Below are positions 35,312 through 49,204 of a stretch of 64,000 nucleotides of DNA, piece by piece; the first letter of the stretch is position 1; each line of letters begins with the position of its first letter. The DNA is from Peribolospora baueri. Lineage: Eukaryota. Position numbers and translations under genes: made by a program. The notes below the pieces were generated by a model that was given only the letters and a program-made list of their open reading frames with translations, had not been told where the DNA came from and ran no database searches. The stretch lies in NCBI GenBank assembly GCA_029717555.1, contig JAMDHS010000012.1, positions 248,001 through 312,000 on the forward strand, written 5' to 3'.

Positions 35312-36983
35312 CTACACTTTTGCTGAAAAGTCGCTAGCCGACGCTGTATGGACGACAATTAACTCAAATATGGTGTCATAGCCGGCGCTCACCCTTATCG
35401 CTCATCGGGAGGCCATAGTAGTGCTGGATGCGCTTCATGAATCGCCAGCAGAGGAAGAACCTAGATCGCAGGAACGATATGGGGAGGAAAGAGTGGAGGT
35501 CGGGGAAAAAAAAGATGCGAGCGATCAGATGATAAAGATTCGCTTTGCTCGAACCTTCGCCTCGGGGCGGCACATTACTCACATGTAGACCTGAAGATTT
35601 GACGCGTACCGAGAACAAGGCATAACACGCCGTCGCGCGACGAAATAGGAATCAGGTCGCCGGCTTTCGATGTCATCTCGCCTGCCATCCACCCTTGATA
35701 GACACACACCTGGGAAAGCCAATCAGCCGCCAAGCTGAGCACAAAGGCGATATACAAGCTGTGGAATCCGGCCGAGCAGAACCCAGAGGGCATCGAGTGG
35801 CCGTTGTCGTAGCCGGCTTCCGCAGAGGCGCCCCAGAGCTGTCCGCCATTGTTGCACTCTGTCGCGATGCGCACGCCAGGTAGTGGCCTAGGTCAGCCGT
35901 GATGAGGTACAATTCGAATTTCGCGCATTACCCACCCCAAATGATGTTTCCTGTGACACAAGAAAGAAACAAAAGTCAGAAAAAGTGTCGCCAATCAAGA
36001 ATCGAATAGTTTCTCATACCTTGTGTACGGTCGAGTTGGAAGACTGGCCAAGGGAGACATCGGAAGAGGATCGACCGCGAGTCAGTGCACTCGTCTCCAC
36101 TTGGCGTCCCCCTCGAACCTCCCACGTCTAGCTCGCGTCCACTCACTCATAACGGCTCCCCTCACGGCAACGACCATGAGCACGAACGGCCAAAGGAAGA
36201 AGCTCACGCGCGTCCACAGGTATGAAGAATTGGAGAGACCCAAGATGGTGATGACGCAAAGAGACGTCACAGCCATGCCGATACCGCCGTAAATTTGCCA
36301 TTCCGGGTAGGTGAAGAAGATGTATTCTGTGCCGTCAGAAGTAGGAAGGCGGGCGCGTGAGCGGAAGCGATGAGTCGGCTCCATGCCATTCGAACACGCA
36401 GGCCTGTGCATATTTTGGTCGAGAAAACGGTGCTACTCACGACCGACCATGAACAACATGATCGATCCAGCAAGGTTCCAGGTCTGTTAGAAAGCGAATG
36501 TGTCGTGCCGCGAGCAGGTAAGGAAACTCGTTCGGAGGAAGGCGGACGGATCAAATTGCGAGAGCGTTGCAGCCAACCGGGGCCTTGCCTCTCAGCTCCC
36601 GCCCCAACTCACAGCGATGGCGGTAGCCCAAGCGATGGCACCGTGCTTCAAGGGGAAGCTGTGGAAGAGACAACTCCACGAATAAGCGAAGGGACTCCCG
36701 ACCGTGAGTTCCCGTAAGAGCAGATTGTGGGCGGGACTCACATGAGCAGACAATTGTCACACCTAACATCCCCGATCAAAGGGTTATCAATAAAGAAATA
36801 AAGCGTGCGGGGTCAGTCTTCTGCCTTTGTCCGGGGGACAACGAAGATGAGGTGAGTCGAACAAGCGACTGCCAGGTCATCTATTCATGGTCATGCCGGC
36901 CAGTACACCACAGCAATAGCGGCAGCGAAGGGCGAGGCAAGGTATCGAGCTCGCGAAATAGCACGAGGGAATACGTACCACAT
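35312..36983 (-). CDS. Small four-transmembrane protein of unknown function (micro-exon gene)
   Basis: Exons 36983-36979, 36762-36742, 36658-36613, 36483-36441, 36326-36147, 36043-36020, 35950-35936, 35858-35710, 35590-35583 and 35460-35393, plus an uncertain last exon, all GT-AG and phase-consistent. Protein: MWCDNCLLIFPLKHGAIAWATAIATWNLAGSIMLFMVGQYIFFTYPEWQIYGGIGMAVTSLCVITILGLSNSSYLWTRVSFFLWPFVLMVVAVRGAVMIFQLDRTQGNIIWECNNGGQLWG...FCSAGFHSLYIAFVLSLAADWLSQVYMFFLCWRFMKRIQHYY. Confidence 0.82.
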
Positions 36984-37565
36984 TGTGAAAGGTCAGCTGA
37001 CACACAAAGACGATCGAGGTATTATGGAGCGAAGACGAGGGCGGAGTTATATAGAGGCGGAGGCAGAGTCAGTCGTTAGCAGTCCTTATCGGAGAGGCGG
37101 TCGTGAACTGGTTCGTAAGTCGTCCGTGCGTTCGGTCGCAACGTCGCTTTCGCTTGTCGATGGAGGGGGGAGCGGCGGCAAAGCGGTGGTGTAACGAGGA
37201 AGCGGATAGTAAACCGACGTTTTGAAAGCAGGTCGCACGGGAGGTCGTCAGCTGGTCGTTAGAGAGAAGAAAGAGATTGATGTTGGAAGAAGACGAAACC
37301 CGACGTCGAGCAGACTGTCCTCCATCCTCGTACCACCACCACTCAGGGGCTCCCCCCGCAAAGTGCACGTGCGCACTGATCGCCCGCCGCAGCAGCGTTT
37401 AACTGGGAATGACTACTGTAATTCGAAAAACCACAATCAGCGACATTACCCTTTGACGCGTCCAAATCGCGCCGCGTACATTCGAAGCTTGCGGCGATCC
37501 ACAAACAAGCGACGTTCTTCCTCCAACACCACCGGTTGCTCAAAGACAAAAAAGTCGCCGACCAA

Positions 37566-40500
37566 ATGCCGAAGAGGTCTGCGCCATCACAGCGGCTGCG
37601 ACTGGGCCGCTTGGAGGAGGATGAGATGGAGGGCGCTCGAGCGAGCGCGTCCTTAGCTCCTTTGGTGCGTACCTCACTTCCGGCTGTCCCTCCGTCCTTT
37701 ACATCTACTTACCTGCTCGAAGAAGCCGATGCTGCGCGACCATAGCCCGGCATGAGGCTTGGTTGGCCGAGTAAAGCTAACATTCTTGTCTTTATATGGC
37801 CTCAACGCTGTAGGCCAAGCGCGCTCGTCGCGGTCCGTCCGATATCACGAACGTCTCCGGCGGAAGCGTTGTCGAGCCTCCGTTGTCAGCCAAAGCGAAG
37901 GGCAAAGCTCGGCTGGCGCCTCAGTCGATTTCGGAAGGCGAGGAAGGGGAGGGGGAGACCACCAAAGGGAGCGAAGTGGCGGACGAGCTTTCTGGCGGCT
38001 CTATGGGTCAATTGGTGTCCGGAGACGGCAGGGTTGGACGAGCAGATATCCCTGTGGACGACGAAACCGAAGAAGAAATGATAGACGAACTGGACGATGG
38101 ATCTGAAGAAAAGGGGAGGAGGAGCAATCTAGGAGCGGTAAGTGTCCTTTTTACTTTTTGTCCGTCATGTTCGCCCAGTACAACTTACGGCCTCCTTGGC
38201 CCATGCAACTTTTCGTCCGCCACCAGAACGTCCGCCAAGCCGGATGTATAGAGTCGCTCGAGCTGGTCAACTTCATGTGTCACCGGCTGCTCACCGTCCG
38301 CTTTGGTCCGCAGATCAACTTCATCATCGGTCATAACGGGAGTGAGTTTACCTTTGGATAAAAACGGATGAGATGGACGTATGCCCACGTTATCCCTCGT
38401 TTTCATTTTTTAGGTGGCAAGAGTGCCATTTTGACCGGTATCACGATCGCGTTGGGCGGCAAGGCCAGCGCTACCAACCGCGGAACGAGTCTCAAGGGCT
38501 TTGTGAAGGAAGGAACAAAGTGAGCGACTTTATTCGGGTGTGGCGAGGTTTAGAGGAGCGGTCGCCATTCTTCGTGGTCGATTCGAAGGCTACCTACTCA
38601 CCTGCGCTTGCGCTCACTCACATCAGCGCCGCACAAGTGACGCTCAAGCTAAAGAACACAGGTCCCGAGGCGTACAGGCCCGACGAGTACGGCCCGTCGA
38701 TCATAATTGAGAGGCGCATCAATAAGGATGGCACCGGTGGATATAAGCTCAAAACCTCGGATGGGAAGCGGACTATCGGCACGAAGAGGGAGGAATTGAA
38801 TGCTATCTGCGATCATTTGAACATTCAGGTGTGTATTCCTTGGCAGTCGGGCTCCCTTTTCATGCGTTTTGGAGTGTGGATAACGATCCAATATTATACT
38901 CTTGTTCAAACGAATTGCAGGTCGACAACCCGATGAACGTTCTCACTCAAGACGCCGCACGACAGTTCCTGTCTTCGGCCACCCCCGAGGAAAAATACCA
39001 TGTAAGGCGACAATTTATTCCGCGTGTTTACTCGTCCTCAAAGTGCTGACGTGCCTCCATGCACATTTTCTTTTCAAGTTCTTCCTGCGCGGCACCCAGC
39101 TCACGCAGCTCAGCGCAGAATATGATTTGGCGAGACAGAACATACAGAAATGCCACAACATCATCACCCGTAAGGAGGAAGGCATGTCCGATCTCCAGTC
39201 GGCTGCACGGGAGGCCGTCAGCAGGTTCAAAGAGACGCAGAAGGCGCAGGAGATGGAGAAGAGGCTGGACACCCTTAAGAACGAGATGGTGTGGGCTCAA
39301 GTGATTGAAGCTGAAGACGTACGTAGTGGCTGCGTTGGGGCGGTGATTTTTTGCGTCGACTGATCGTTCGCCTATCCCTCTTCAGAATCTCGAGGTAGAA
39401 GTGCGAAAGGCGGAAGCTCTGAAGGCCAAAATGGCTGCTGCGGAAAAGGAAATCGCAAAGTCCCAGGTAAGCGGCATCGCTGTGGAACAAGTGCGCATTT
39501 GGCTGATTTTGCTGACCGTTTGTCCCGCATTTGGTAAAGGCCAAAATCAACATGCTCAGCGACAAGATCCTCGAGACCGAGGCCACGGTCAATGCGGAGA
39601 ACGATCGGTCCGCTCCCCTTCGACAGGAGCGTCAGCAACTGCTGCAGAAGGTCCGGGAGGGCGAGAATCGCCTTAGGCAGATGATGGCCGATCAGCAGGA
39701 GATGGATCGCCAGGCGCGCTCACTGCAAGACACGATTGCCGAGTACCAGAAGCGCATCGACGTGGAGACGCGCAAGCTTGAAGGGAGCAACCGCGAAAGG
39801 CGCGAGGCCATCTCTGCGAAGTTGGCCGAGGCTCAGGCCGAGCGCAAGGAAATTTTGGAGCGTGTCGCGCAGGTCTCGAGGGATATGGATGATTTGAAAA
39901 GGGACGAGGAGGCGAATAACGAGGAGCAGGATACCTTGATGCGTCAGCGAGACGCCAAGCGCGAGGAGATCGTCAAGACAGAAACGCTCATTAAACAGCT
40001 CGAGGCGCGGAGGGTAAACCGGTTCACCGCGTTCGGATCCAACATGCCTGCCCTCCTCAGCGCAATTCAGCGTGAGACGAGATGGCAGGATAAGCCGATA
40101 GGGCCGATCGGCGCTCATGTCAAACTCAAGGACATGCGATGGGCGGCTGCGATCGAAAGCGTGCTTAGCAACCAGTTGAATGCGTTCTCCGTCACGAACC
40201 ATTCCGATGCTCGGCTCCTAAGGAACCTCATAAGGCAGACAAACAAGTGAGTGGCAAGTAATCGCTCGTCAGATAGTGGGCTGATCTTGTCGACCTTCCC
40301 TTGTTTTTCCAGCAATCACGTCCCAATCGTCATCAGCCGTGTCGAGCTGTTCGACTACTCTGGCGGGGAGCCGGATGCCTCTTTCTTGACCATCCTCCGT
40401 GTCCTTGATGTGAGTTGTTTAACAACTTCGCCGCGGAGAGACCAAAACAGTCGCTCACGACCTTGTCAAACCTTCCCGACACAGATCGACGATGACTTCA

Positions 40501-42873
40501 TCACCCGCCAGTTGATCAACTCTGCGCATATCGAGAGCGCCATCCTCGTTGAGAGGCGCGCCGACGCGGATGCGATCATGCGCTCAGGGCCGAGAAACGT
40601 GCAGATGTGCTTCACCATGGATGGTTTTAGAATGGGTGGAATGTGAGTTTTGCGTCCGTCCGAGTGACGTGCGTCTTTACCATTCCGTATTTGGCTTGAT
40701 CCGATGAAGCTGATCGATAAGATTTCCTTCAGTGCCGGCGGATCGTCAACGCAGGCTCTACAGACGTACAGAGGACCGCCTCGTTTGACTGAGAACGTCG
40801 ATAGTCAGATCCAGTACGTCTAAGGCTCTCTCTGGCTACGGACAGTCCGGATTTGACAGCTCTGACGTATCTGCCTGGAATGTCCCGCCTTTAAGGAGCT
40901 CGCAAGGGACGCTGGCCGCGCTGAACTCTGAATTGCAACACATTGTAGAAGCCGGTCGGGAGAAGGTGGTCGCCTGTCGGCAGATCTTACAGCAAATAGC
41001 GAAGTGGAGAGTGAGTGATCCAGTCTCCGCCCGGGTTCATGCGTTAACTGAATTATGTCCATGTGACCTTGCTGCGAACAGCGTGAAAGCAATCGCTTGC
41101 ATACACAGATGCGTGAATTAGGTCACCGGATTGGGACACTCGAGGAGGAAATGCGTCAGGATGAGCCAGCAAATCTCGGCGCTCTCGAAGAGGCCAAGAA
41201 AGTGAACCTGATAATTTATTTCTAGCTCCGTTTGCCGTCGTGTCATTTGGCTGATCATTTGTTGTTCACGCACGTAGGAAGCGGAAGAGGAGCTGGAAAA
41301 CATCAAACGGCAGTTTGAAGCGGCTGCAACCAACAAAGTCGCCTTGGAGAACAAGCTCAAGCCCATCACGGACAAGAGTGATGCGCTTCGTCATGAAATC
41401 GACTCATTTGGCGAGAAGCAATCGGCGATCCAGGTGAGTGATCTAGCCGTGTCGGTCCTACCTTAACAGGTCGTCAAGCTGGTCTCCTCATTCTTGCTGA
41501 TCCTGCCTTCACGCCGTCGCCTCAAGACCGAGCTCGAAACGCTCTCCGTCGCGAGCACCAAAGCAAGACACGACCTCAAGCACTACCAAGACCGTAAGGC
41601 GTCCATCGAGAACACGCTGGCGAGTCTTGAAAGCGAGGTCAAGGCCATGGAAGAGCAGTACAACGAATGGGTCGAACAGGCCAGCGCTTATTGCGAACGC
41701 GTAGAAACTCGGCGGAAGCCTGGAGACCTTGAGGGGGTGAGTTGACAGGGACTTGTGGAGGGTAGATAGGCACAACCTTATGCAACTTCTTTTAAGCAGG
41801 AGATCAAGTCGCTCGAGAGAGCTTTAGAGGAGCGTATGCGCAGGTAGGTCTTGTCCTCTTAGGAGAGGTCACACGAGCCATATTCTGATCGGTCGTCACT
41901 TCTTTGATCTGCAGGGGAGGCACGACTATGGATCAAGCGGCGGTTAACCTGCAAGCGAAACAGCGTGCTTGGGATGACGCTAAACGAGACGTTGAGGCCA
42001 TGAGGAACCTTATTACGGTGAGGGGCCCCACCGTAGCGTATCGCGTGGATTGGCTCAATCCTTTCTCATATGTGATTCGATCTTTGTTGGCCACAGGCGC
42101 TAAGCAACTCCATCAAAGCCCGTCTGACGAGGTGGCACAAGTTCCGCCGACATATCGCCATCCGGGCAAAGAACCAGTTCCTGCTGCACCTGTCCAACCG
42201 CGGCTACTACGGAACGCTCACTTTCAACCATGATCGCCAGAAGCTACTTCTGAGGGTGCGTTTTGATGCACTACCTAGCTCATTTCGTCTCACATTTGGC
42301 ACTCAAGATTACTCAAGGGTTCCTTTTACCTCCGTCATGCAGGTCATCACGGACGATCAAGCCGGCACCAAGAGGAAGGGTGGGGACGAGGATCCCAAAG
42401 CGCTTTCGGGAGGCGAAAAGTCGTTTTCTACCATCTGTCTCCTTCTCGCCCTTTGGGATGCTATTGGATGTCCTATTCGATGTCTGGACGAGTTCGATGT
42501 GTTCATGGATGCTGTCAACCGCAAAATTAGCATGAAGATGATGGTGAGCTCCTGACGTCGTTGCTTTTCCCCGATATTCACCTTTGGTTTCTTGCGTTGG
42601 TCTCATCTCTCACTCTTCTCACTGCCAGGTTGACACTGCCAAAGCTGCTTCCGATGTGCAATTTATCCTTATTACACCTCAGAACATGAGCAACGTCGCG
42701 TTCGGACCTCAAGTCCGCGTGCACAGACTGGCTGTGAGTGGCACTCTCCACAGCCGTTCACTTCGATGCTTGCGGTAGAGATCGGTTACAATGTCTTGGT
42801 TCGTTTCCGACATGCTCATCGTTCTCATTTTTCGCAGGATCCCGAAAGAGGACAGGGTGTCCTAGCATTGTAA
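37566..42873 (+). CDS. SMC6: Structural maintenance of chromosomes protein 6
   Basis: Multi-exon gene. [29 protein letters not shown] (Walker A), [18 protein letters not shown], hinge [59 protein letters not shown] and DPERGQ. Confidence 0.96.
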
Positions 42874-43412
42874 TGCGCCTCATCCAGCATATGGGACAGT
42901 CGAGCTCGAAGCAGGATAAACGCAACTATCACTTCTCTGTGTTTCGTCCTTCTCGCCCTTCGTCTTCCGCTCATCGGTTTTCGTCACCTTTCTTTGCTTG
43001 CCTGAGGCTTCTCTTTGGTAGTCGCCTCGTCTTCCATCATCCACCTATACCAGCTTGCTATATCACGTCGCAATCTACATTCGAGTTCTGTACTAGTAAT
43101 ATGCGTTACAAGCTAGTTCACGAAGGTTTCCTTCGTTGTCCCCTTGCCTGGCGAGCTTGCACTTGGCTCCTCGACGCGGCTTGACGAGTCAAGCATCGAG
43201 GGAGAATTCCCAATTACACGGAGCTTATACGGGTAGCCAGGACCCCAATGCCAACATGAAGCAAGCGTACTAGAAGGGGCGAGATCTGGGTCCCTATTAT
43301 ACACACGAGCGAAGAGGAGCACACATGCAGCGACGATGGCTACGACCTGCGTAGGTCGAAACACATTTGAGCACGTGCGTGGACAGACGGCCTGCAGGAG
43401 CTATTACGGCGA

Positions 43413-45067
43413 TTACTGAGCGTAGGAAACGAACAACCGAGAAACGTTGCCGCAGGACTCGAGTGGACCTGCTGCTACTGGAGCAGAGGTCGGAGGGGCG
43501 AAGGAGTGGAAAACAGGAGGGGCTTGCGGCCAGGATAGCTGATGAGAAGAGTGGAGGCTTGCGTCCGCCAAGGCGTTGATGGCAGCCAAGTCGTCGCTGG
43601 CCTGGGCAGGATGGACGTCGAGGGAGCACGAGGCTGGCGCCTTCGCCGGAGATTGGAAACTAGCCTCAGTACCAGAGACCGCCTGGCTGTTGCCACCGGG
43701 AAAGCCGTCGTTCCAAAGCGACGTCACCGGCCCGACAGACGAGGAGTGGCTGGTGGAGTAGTAGTCCAGTTGGTCGCCGAAGACTGGTCCGGCGCCCGTG
43801 TTGGGCCTCGTCTCGACCATTGGCGAAGGCGTGGCGGAGCTGAGTGTCGAGGTCAATCCGTTGAAATCGTCGCAAGTGTTGGCCCCTATCGAAGAGGAAG
43901 GGGAATTTCCAGTCCCGGAAGACGTTGGTACGCAGCGCAATTGGTTCGAGCAGGAGGAGGCGGTAGTGACGACGCTGGGGAAGCGGGGATCGACGATGTA
44001 GTGAGAGTGCCCATTGACATTGGTCTGATTAAAGTGGTCGGTGGACGGGAACGACGAGGGAAGGGATTTGGGCTCAGTCGACCCGTTCATGGGATGAATG
44101 TCGCCATAATGGCCAACGTGCCCTTCGAAAGGCCTCGAGGGGTGCTGTGCCGGCTGAGAGTACGCGTTGAAGCGGAGCATGGGAGATGGTGGGTACGTCG
44201 ACCTATAACATAGGTGAAGCGTAAGCGCACGAACGTGTCATCAGCTCGGGCGTTGCAACAAAATAAAACGCAGAGAGACAGGAAAGCGAGAACCCACGTT
44301 GGCTCTGAAGAAGGGACACCGTTGAGCTTCACGATGCCGTGAGTACCGAGGTCCATGCCCATATTCATACGATCTGCCGGGATCGACGGCATGGGCTGGA
44401 CGGTGGTCCGCGTCGCCGAGCCAGCAGGACGCTTCAGGAAGTAGGGCGCGGTGGTAGGCGGCCAGGGGGATGCTAGAGGGTCCCATCTCTTGGGGACTCC
44501 AAACATCTGCTCGGACTCGAGCGCCTTCACCCTATCCTTCAACATTTTGTTCTCTTGTTCGAGGGATCGCACGTGGGCCGTCTTGCGCTTTCCTTTGAGG
44601 GGTGGGACAGAGAGGATGAGAAGCGGCAAAGGAGAAGGGGAAGCGAGTGAGGTATCAGCTTTGAAGTGCATTGGTCTGGACGGGAGGAAATCCATAACCG
44701 GTCACCCACTATATTCTCGCTGAGCGAGCATGTTCTTTTCCCTCCTGTCCGGCCTCGTCCTATACGCCTGGGCGTTCGGCCTTTTCCGTTTCGTTTGAGG
44801 CTCGGTTCCCTCCCCCGACCCATCCTGGCCGTCGTCGTCGCTGTCGTCCAAGTTATCGACCTCCTCCGTCTCTCCTTCCACGTCGACAGCGTTGAATTGC
44901 GCACGCTCACCCGATGGCAGGTCGGGCGAGGTGATGGCGGTGGAGACGTCCGACCGGCTTTGAGATGAGGGGGACGACGGGAACACGTTTTCGGCGACGG
45001 CGACAGTTCGAAGAGCGGCCTTGGCCGCGTCGGAAGCGGCGCGTCGCTTCGTCGTTCGCAAGGTCAT
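43413..45067 (-). CDS. bZIP transcription factor, Yap/AP-1-like basic region
   Basis: Exons 45067-44710, 44592-44298 and 44202-43413 join to give RREKNMLAQREYRKRKTAHVRSLEQENKMLKDRVKALE (N-x-x-AQ-x-x-Y-R plus leucine zipper), followed by a long S/P-rich tail. The 3' end is uncertain. Confidence 0.8.
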
Positions 45068-48000
45068 TTTGACCTCTACGACGGGGATCTGAGTCAAGGA
45101 ATCTTGAGAGTCGAGAAGGAAGGTAGTTATGGGCAGTGGAAGGCTACCCGGTCGAGTCGAAGGGGGCCTTTATTAAGAGGGCAAGCAAACGACGTGAGTC
45201 CGGAAAGGGCTCGTGGCGCCGGGAAGGCGTAGTAGGGCAGACGAAGTCGCCGGGTGACGAGGACACGTTGGTTGGGGGAGGGGTGGAGGGGGGGAGTATG
45301 CAAGGAGGATGGTGGGGAGAGACGATGGCAGAGAGAGGGGCCTTTTAAAATTGATAGCAGGTGGGCGACTTGCAGCCGAGTTGAAGAAGAGAAAGGGAAG
45401 GGAGCGAAGGCGAAAAGGGCGGGCGACAAAGTACCGTCGTAGTGAACGCCCAGACGCGCAGTGGTGACAAGGACAGGGGCGGAAAGAACGTTCGAGGGCG
45501 TTGTTTGTCGTCAAAGGGAAACAGACCCGCTCCTCCCGAGTCGAGAGAAGGTAAACCCAATGGCAGTGGCAGAGGCGGGGAAAGCGGGCCAGATGCGAGA
45601 GGATGCATCTCGTTCGCTTCATTCCAGTCCATTGACTGCGCGACTAGACCTTGCCTGCAGGTCTGGTGAGACGAGGAAGGCCGTCAATAGGAATCCCTCC
45701 CTGTGTGGATGAAGGGAGTCCACCTTGAAAGCCGAAGCAGCGGCCGATCTGTCCCGGCGCCGTCTCACATGGAGAGATGAAAAGTGAATTGAAGAGGACT
45801 GGAGGGGAGAAAGGAAGAGCAATAGACACGCTCGTCAAAAGGGGCAAACTCGGAGATTGGAAAATGGGAACAAGGTGCAAAGAGAAAAGAGTGGGGAAGG
45901 AGGTGGAAAAGAAAGGGCGCAGTTCCGGCCTAGAGCTGTCTGGTGGTCGAACAAACGTGGCGGGACGGAGGGAGGATGGTGACGAGCAAGTGAGGCAAGG
46001 AAGAGGGCGTGCCGAGGGAGCGCCCACCCGACCGGGAACCATAGAATGAGCGGCTTGGGTCGCTTGTTGAGCGGAGCGACATGGTTCGCGGGAAGAGCCG
46101 AAAGTCGTCGGAGGTGTCTCGAGTCGTCGTCGCCACGGTAGGTAAGACGGTCGGACCAGCCGCGCTATTTCAAACATGCTTCGACGTAAACGCGGGGAGG
46201 GTTATAGTATGGATTTGACGGAGACGGCGATGAATGGCTCAGCAGCGAGCCAAGCGATGAGAAGAAAGACTGGGTGGGGATATGCTGGCGACAGGAGGTG
46301 TTGTCTGCACGTCCGATGGGCGCCACGCACATGCAGGCGCAATGTCAAAAAACCTACGTCTCCTTGGTCGAGACAGTAACGCCTTGCTTACCGACATCGT
46401 CCCCGCGAGGCGATCCTTCGTTCCAGAAGAGCACCCGCTGGAAGGGGGGGGGAAGAAATGTAACTTCAGTTAGGATCAAAGCCTACTGGACTAGAAGCCG
46501 GTGTGTGTGTGTGTCTACGAGCCTGCTTGTCAGGTGGGCTCAAGCTCTCCGCACGCGCACCACACCGCGCCCACCTGTCGCCAGAACAACGGCGGGCTCT
46601 TCAAGGTCAAAAGTCTAGCGGGCCTGGGTCGTCCGAGAGTGCGAGAAGTGATCACGATCAACCGCCGTTTCCCAGCGGTCGCGCACGGTCGCCATTCGCA
46701 CTGTTCCCCTGCACGGGCGCTCGAGCGCGTCCGACCGCATTTTCCAGATAGTGCACGTTTTCGGACCATAACATTGCGGCGTTGGCGCGCGCCCGGACCG
46801 GAGAGTCGGAGCCGAGGCTTGCAACGAGAATGAATCTGGGAATTGAGTAGCTACCGGTTGAGCTATGCGCGGGCGGGAGCCGAGTGGAGGAGGGAAAACG
46901 AAGCTAAGGAGGCAAGCGGTGATGAGCGGCGGTGCAAGGTCGGCGCTCGCTCGTTGGAGATGGGAGTGGTGCTCAGCTCAGCTCGTCTTGCCGCTGGGAT
47001 GTCTTACGAGCTGTCGAATGCAGCGGCGACTCGGGTCACGTCTCGATTCATGTTTGTAGGCAAGATGCGGCCGGCACGCGACAAGACGCGATGCGACGCG
47101 ATGCGACGCAATGTGTGTCGTCGGCATTTGCTTTCTTCAACCGGCGCAGAAGCACGCGCACGAACGAGGAGAGGAGACGACGGGCGACCGGTCTGGGGAG
47201 CGAGAGCGGGAGGGGAGGGAAGGACAAGGGATGGCGAGGGAGATGTCGAGCGACGACGCTCATCGTCCTCGCCTCGCCTTGCCGTACACCATCGCACGAA
47301 TTAGGGTTTGCAATCTTACACCGTCGTCGATCGCCCGCAAATCGGAACGGAAGTGGGAGACAAAGGGAATGAAAAGATCTCAGGCGTGGCATGCTCTCAG
47401 TCGTCCACTTGCACACGCTAGCCAGCGCAACGTCGTCCTCGGTCCGGCGCGCACTGCACTCGCTTCCCCATCCTGCAGCCGTGCGGTGGGTGAGCATCGG
47501 ACGTCTGCAGTGGCAAGTGGAAGGGCAGGCCAGCACGTCGTCGTCCATTGCGATGGTGTTACATGTCTCCCACGCCGTTGCCAGCAGCTCTGCTCGCTCG
47601 AGCGCAGCCCGTGCACGACAGGACGGCATGACGGCATATCTGCCTATCTCTCAGCAACAATCAAGATCAGCTGCAGGCGTCGCCGCGTGCAGAGCCGACG
47701 CGGTTGAGTGTAAAGGCCGTTCAACCGCGATTTCGACCCACGGTGTACGATCCATTTCACTTGGGATCTACATATGGGCCGAGAGCGACACGGGCGAGGT
47801 AGCTCTTGATACGACGCAGCAAGTGGTTTTCCCTGTTCAGTTTTTGCGCAGTGCCAAGCTTCGATTCTCGCCTCTCGTCGCGTCGGGCTTATCTCTTGCC
47901 CCGCTCTCAACTCGAGATCGTCGCCACCGCTGCTCCTCTACTTACATCAGACCACACCGCTCTTCCCCGCCTCTCCTCCCAGGCCTACGTGACCATCCTC

Positions 48001-49204
48001 CGGCCCGACGATGCACATCTACTGAGCTTCTTTTTATGCGTCGCTCCATAGACAATTGGTTGCAGACAGGCTGGGTCTCGTTCAGTGAGTTAGGAGTTAG
48101 CTCAAGCAAGCCTTCCCCAACATCCAACCTCCGTCTGGCCTGTTTGAGTTTCGGCTGGTTGAATGATGATGATGGGGTAACGACGATCATCGTGTCGCTC
48201 CCGTGATCGCATTTCATTTCCAACGCCCACTGAATTTTATTTCGCAACCTCCGCTGCTGCCTTCTAGCTGACGACGCTCGAAGGATACGGCTTTCGAGCC
48301 GTAGATTCAGTAAAGGTGGCCTTGCGTCAGTTTTCCTCAAGCGACTGACATCGGCATGAGTTTACATTGTCGTTCTCCAGAACCTATATCCCTTTCTCAC
48401 CCGCCATGGCCATCGGATGACGCTTACCCTCGTGGTTGACATGGGGGAGAGAGACGAAACAGCTGGGAGGAAGCAAAGTAGAAGCAAGGAGAGGGGCAGG
48501 CGCGCTGGAGAACAAAACAAGAGACTTCCTTGAAGCACATGGTCCAGACGGGCGGGAGACCGTCGGAGCGGGGTCGTCTTTTGTCTGACCGGCCTAAGCG
48601 CAGACAGTACATCGAGCGTGCGAGGCTCGTACGATAACAAGCTTCGTTACGTCGGTTCTGCACACCGAGCATCGCTTTTCGGCCCGAGCGCCGCCTCGCA
48701 ACGCTAATTAAGGCGTTAGAGTTTAATCATCACCGATTTCGTTGCGGCGGACGATGTCGTCCCAGGGATGATAATGGAGTGTCTGTGCGCAAACCTCATG
48801 CGCGGGACTCACGCATCCTTCCCCTCTTCCTGTTGCAGACGACCCTCGTACCTCTATGCAATCGTCAATGGAGCCCGGTAGCGTCGGGAAAGCGGCTGAC
48901 GTGGACTCATTACGCCATGGTTGGCGGCGCCCTTCCACCTTCGTTATCGCCTCGAGCTACAAGCTTCCTCCTTTTGTCTGCCAGCAGGGAGATGCGCTCA
49001 GGCATTTGTCGTCCATCCACGCTATCGGCAGCTCGAAACGTGGGCACAGCTAGCAGTCGCCGCGTTGCGTCGAAATCCTTGCCCGGTCCATGTGAACACG
49101 AAGGCACGGCAACGCAACAATAGCATCATCCCGAAAGCATACAGAAAGATCAAGCAACGCTGCCGTCATCACTCCTCCCATGTCGGTTCCCCACACACCT
49201 CACT

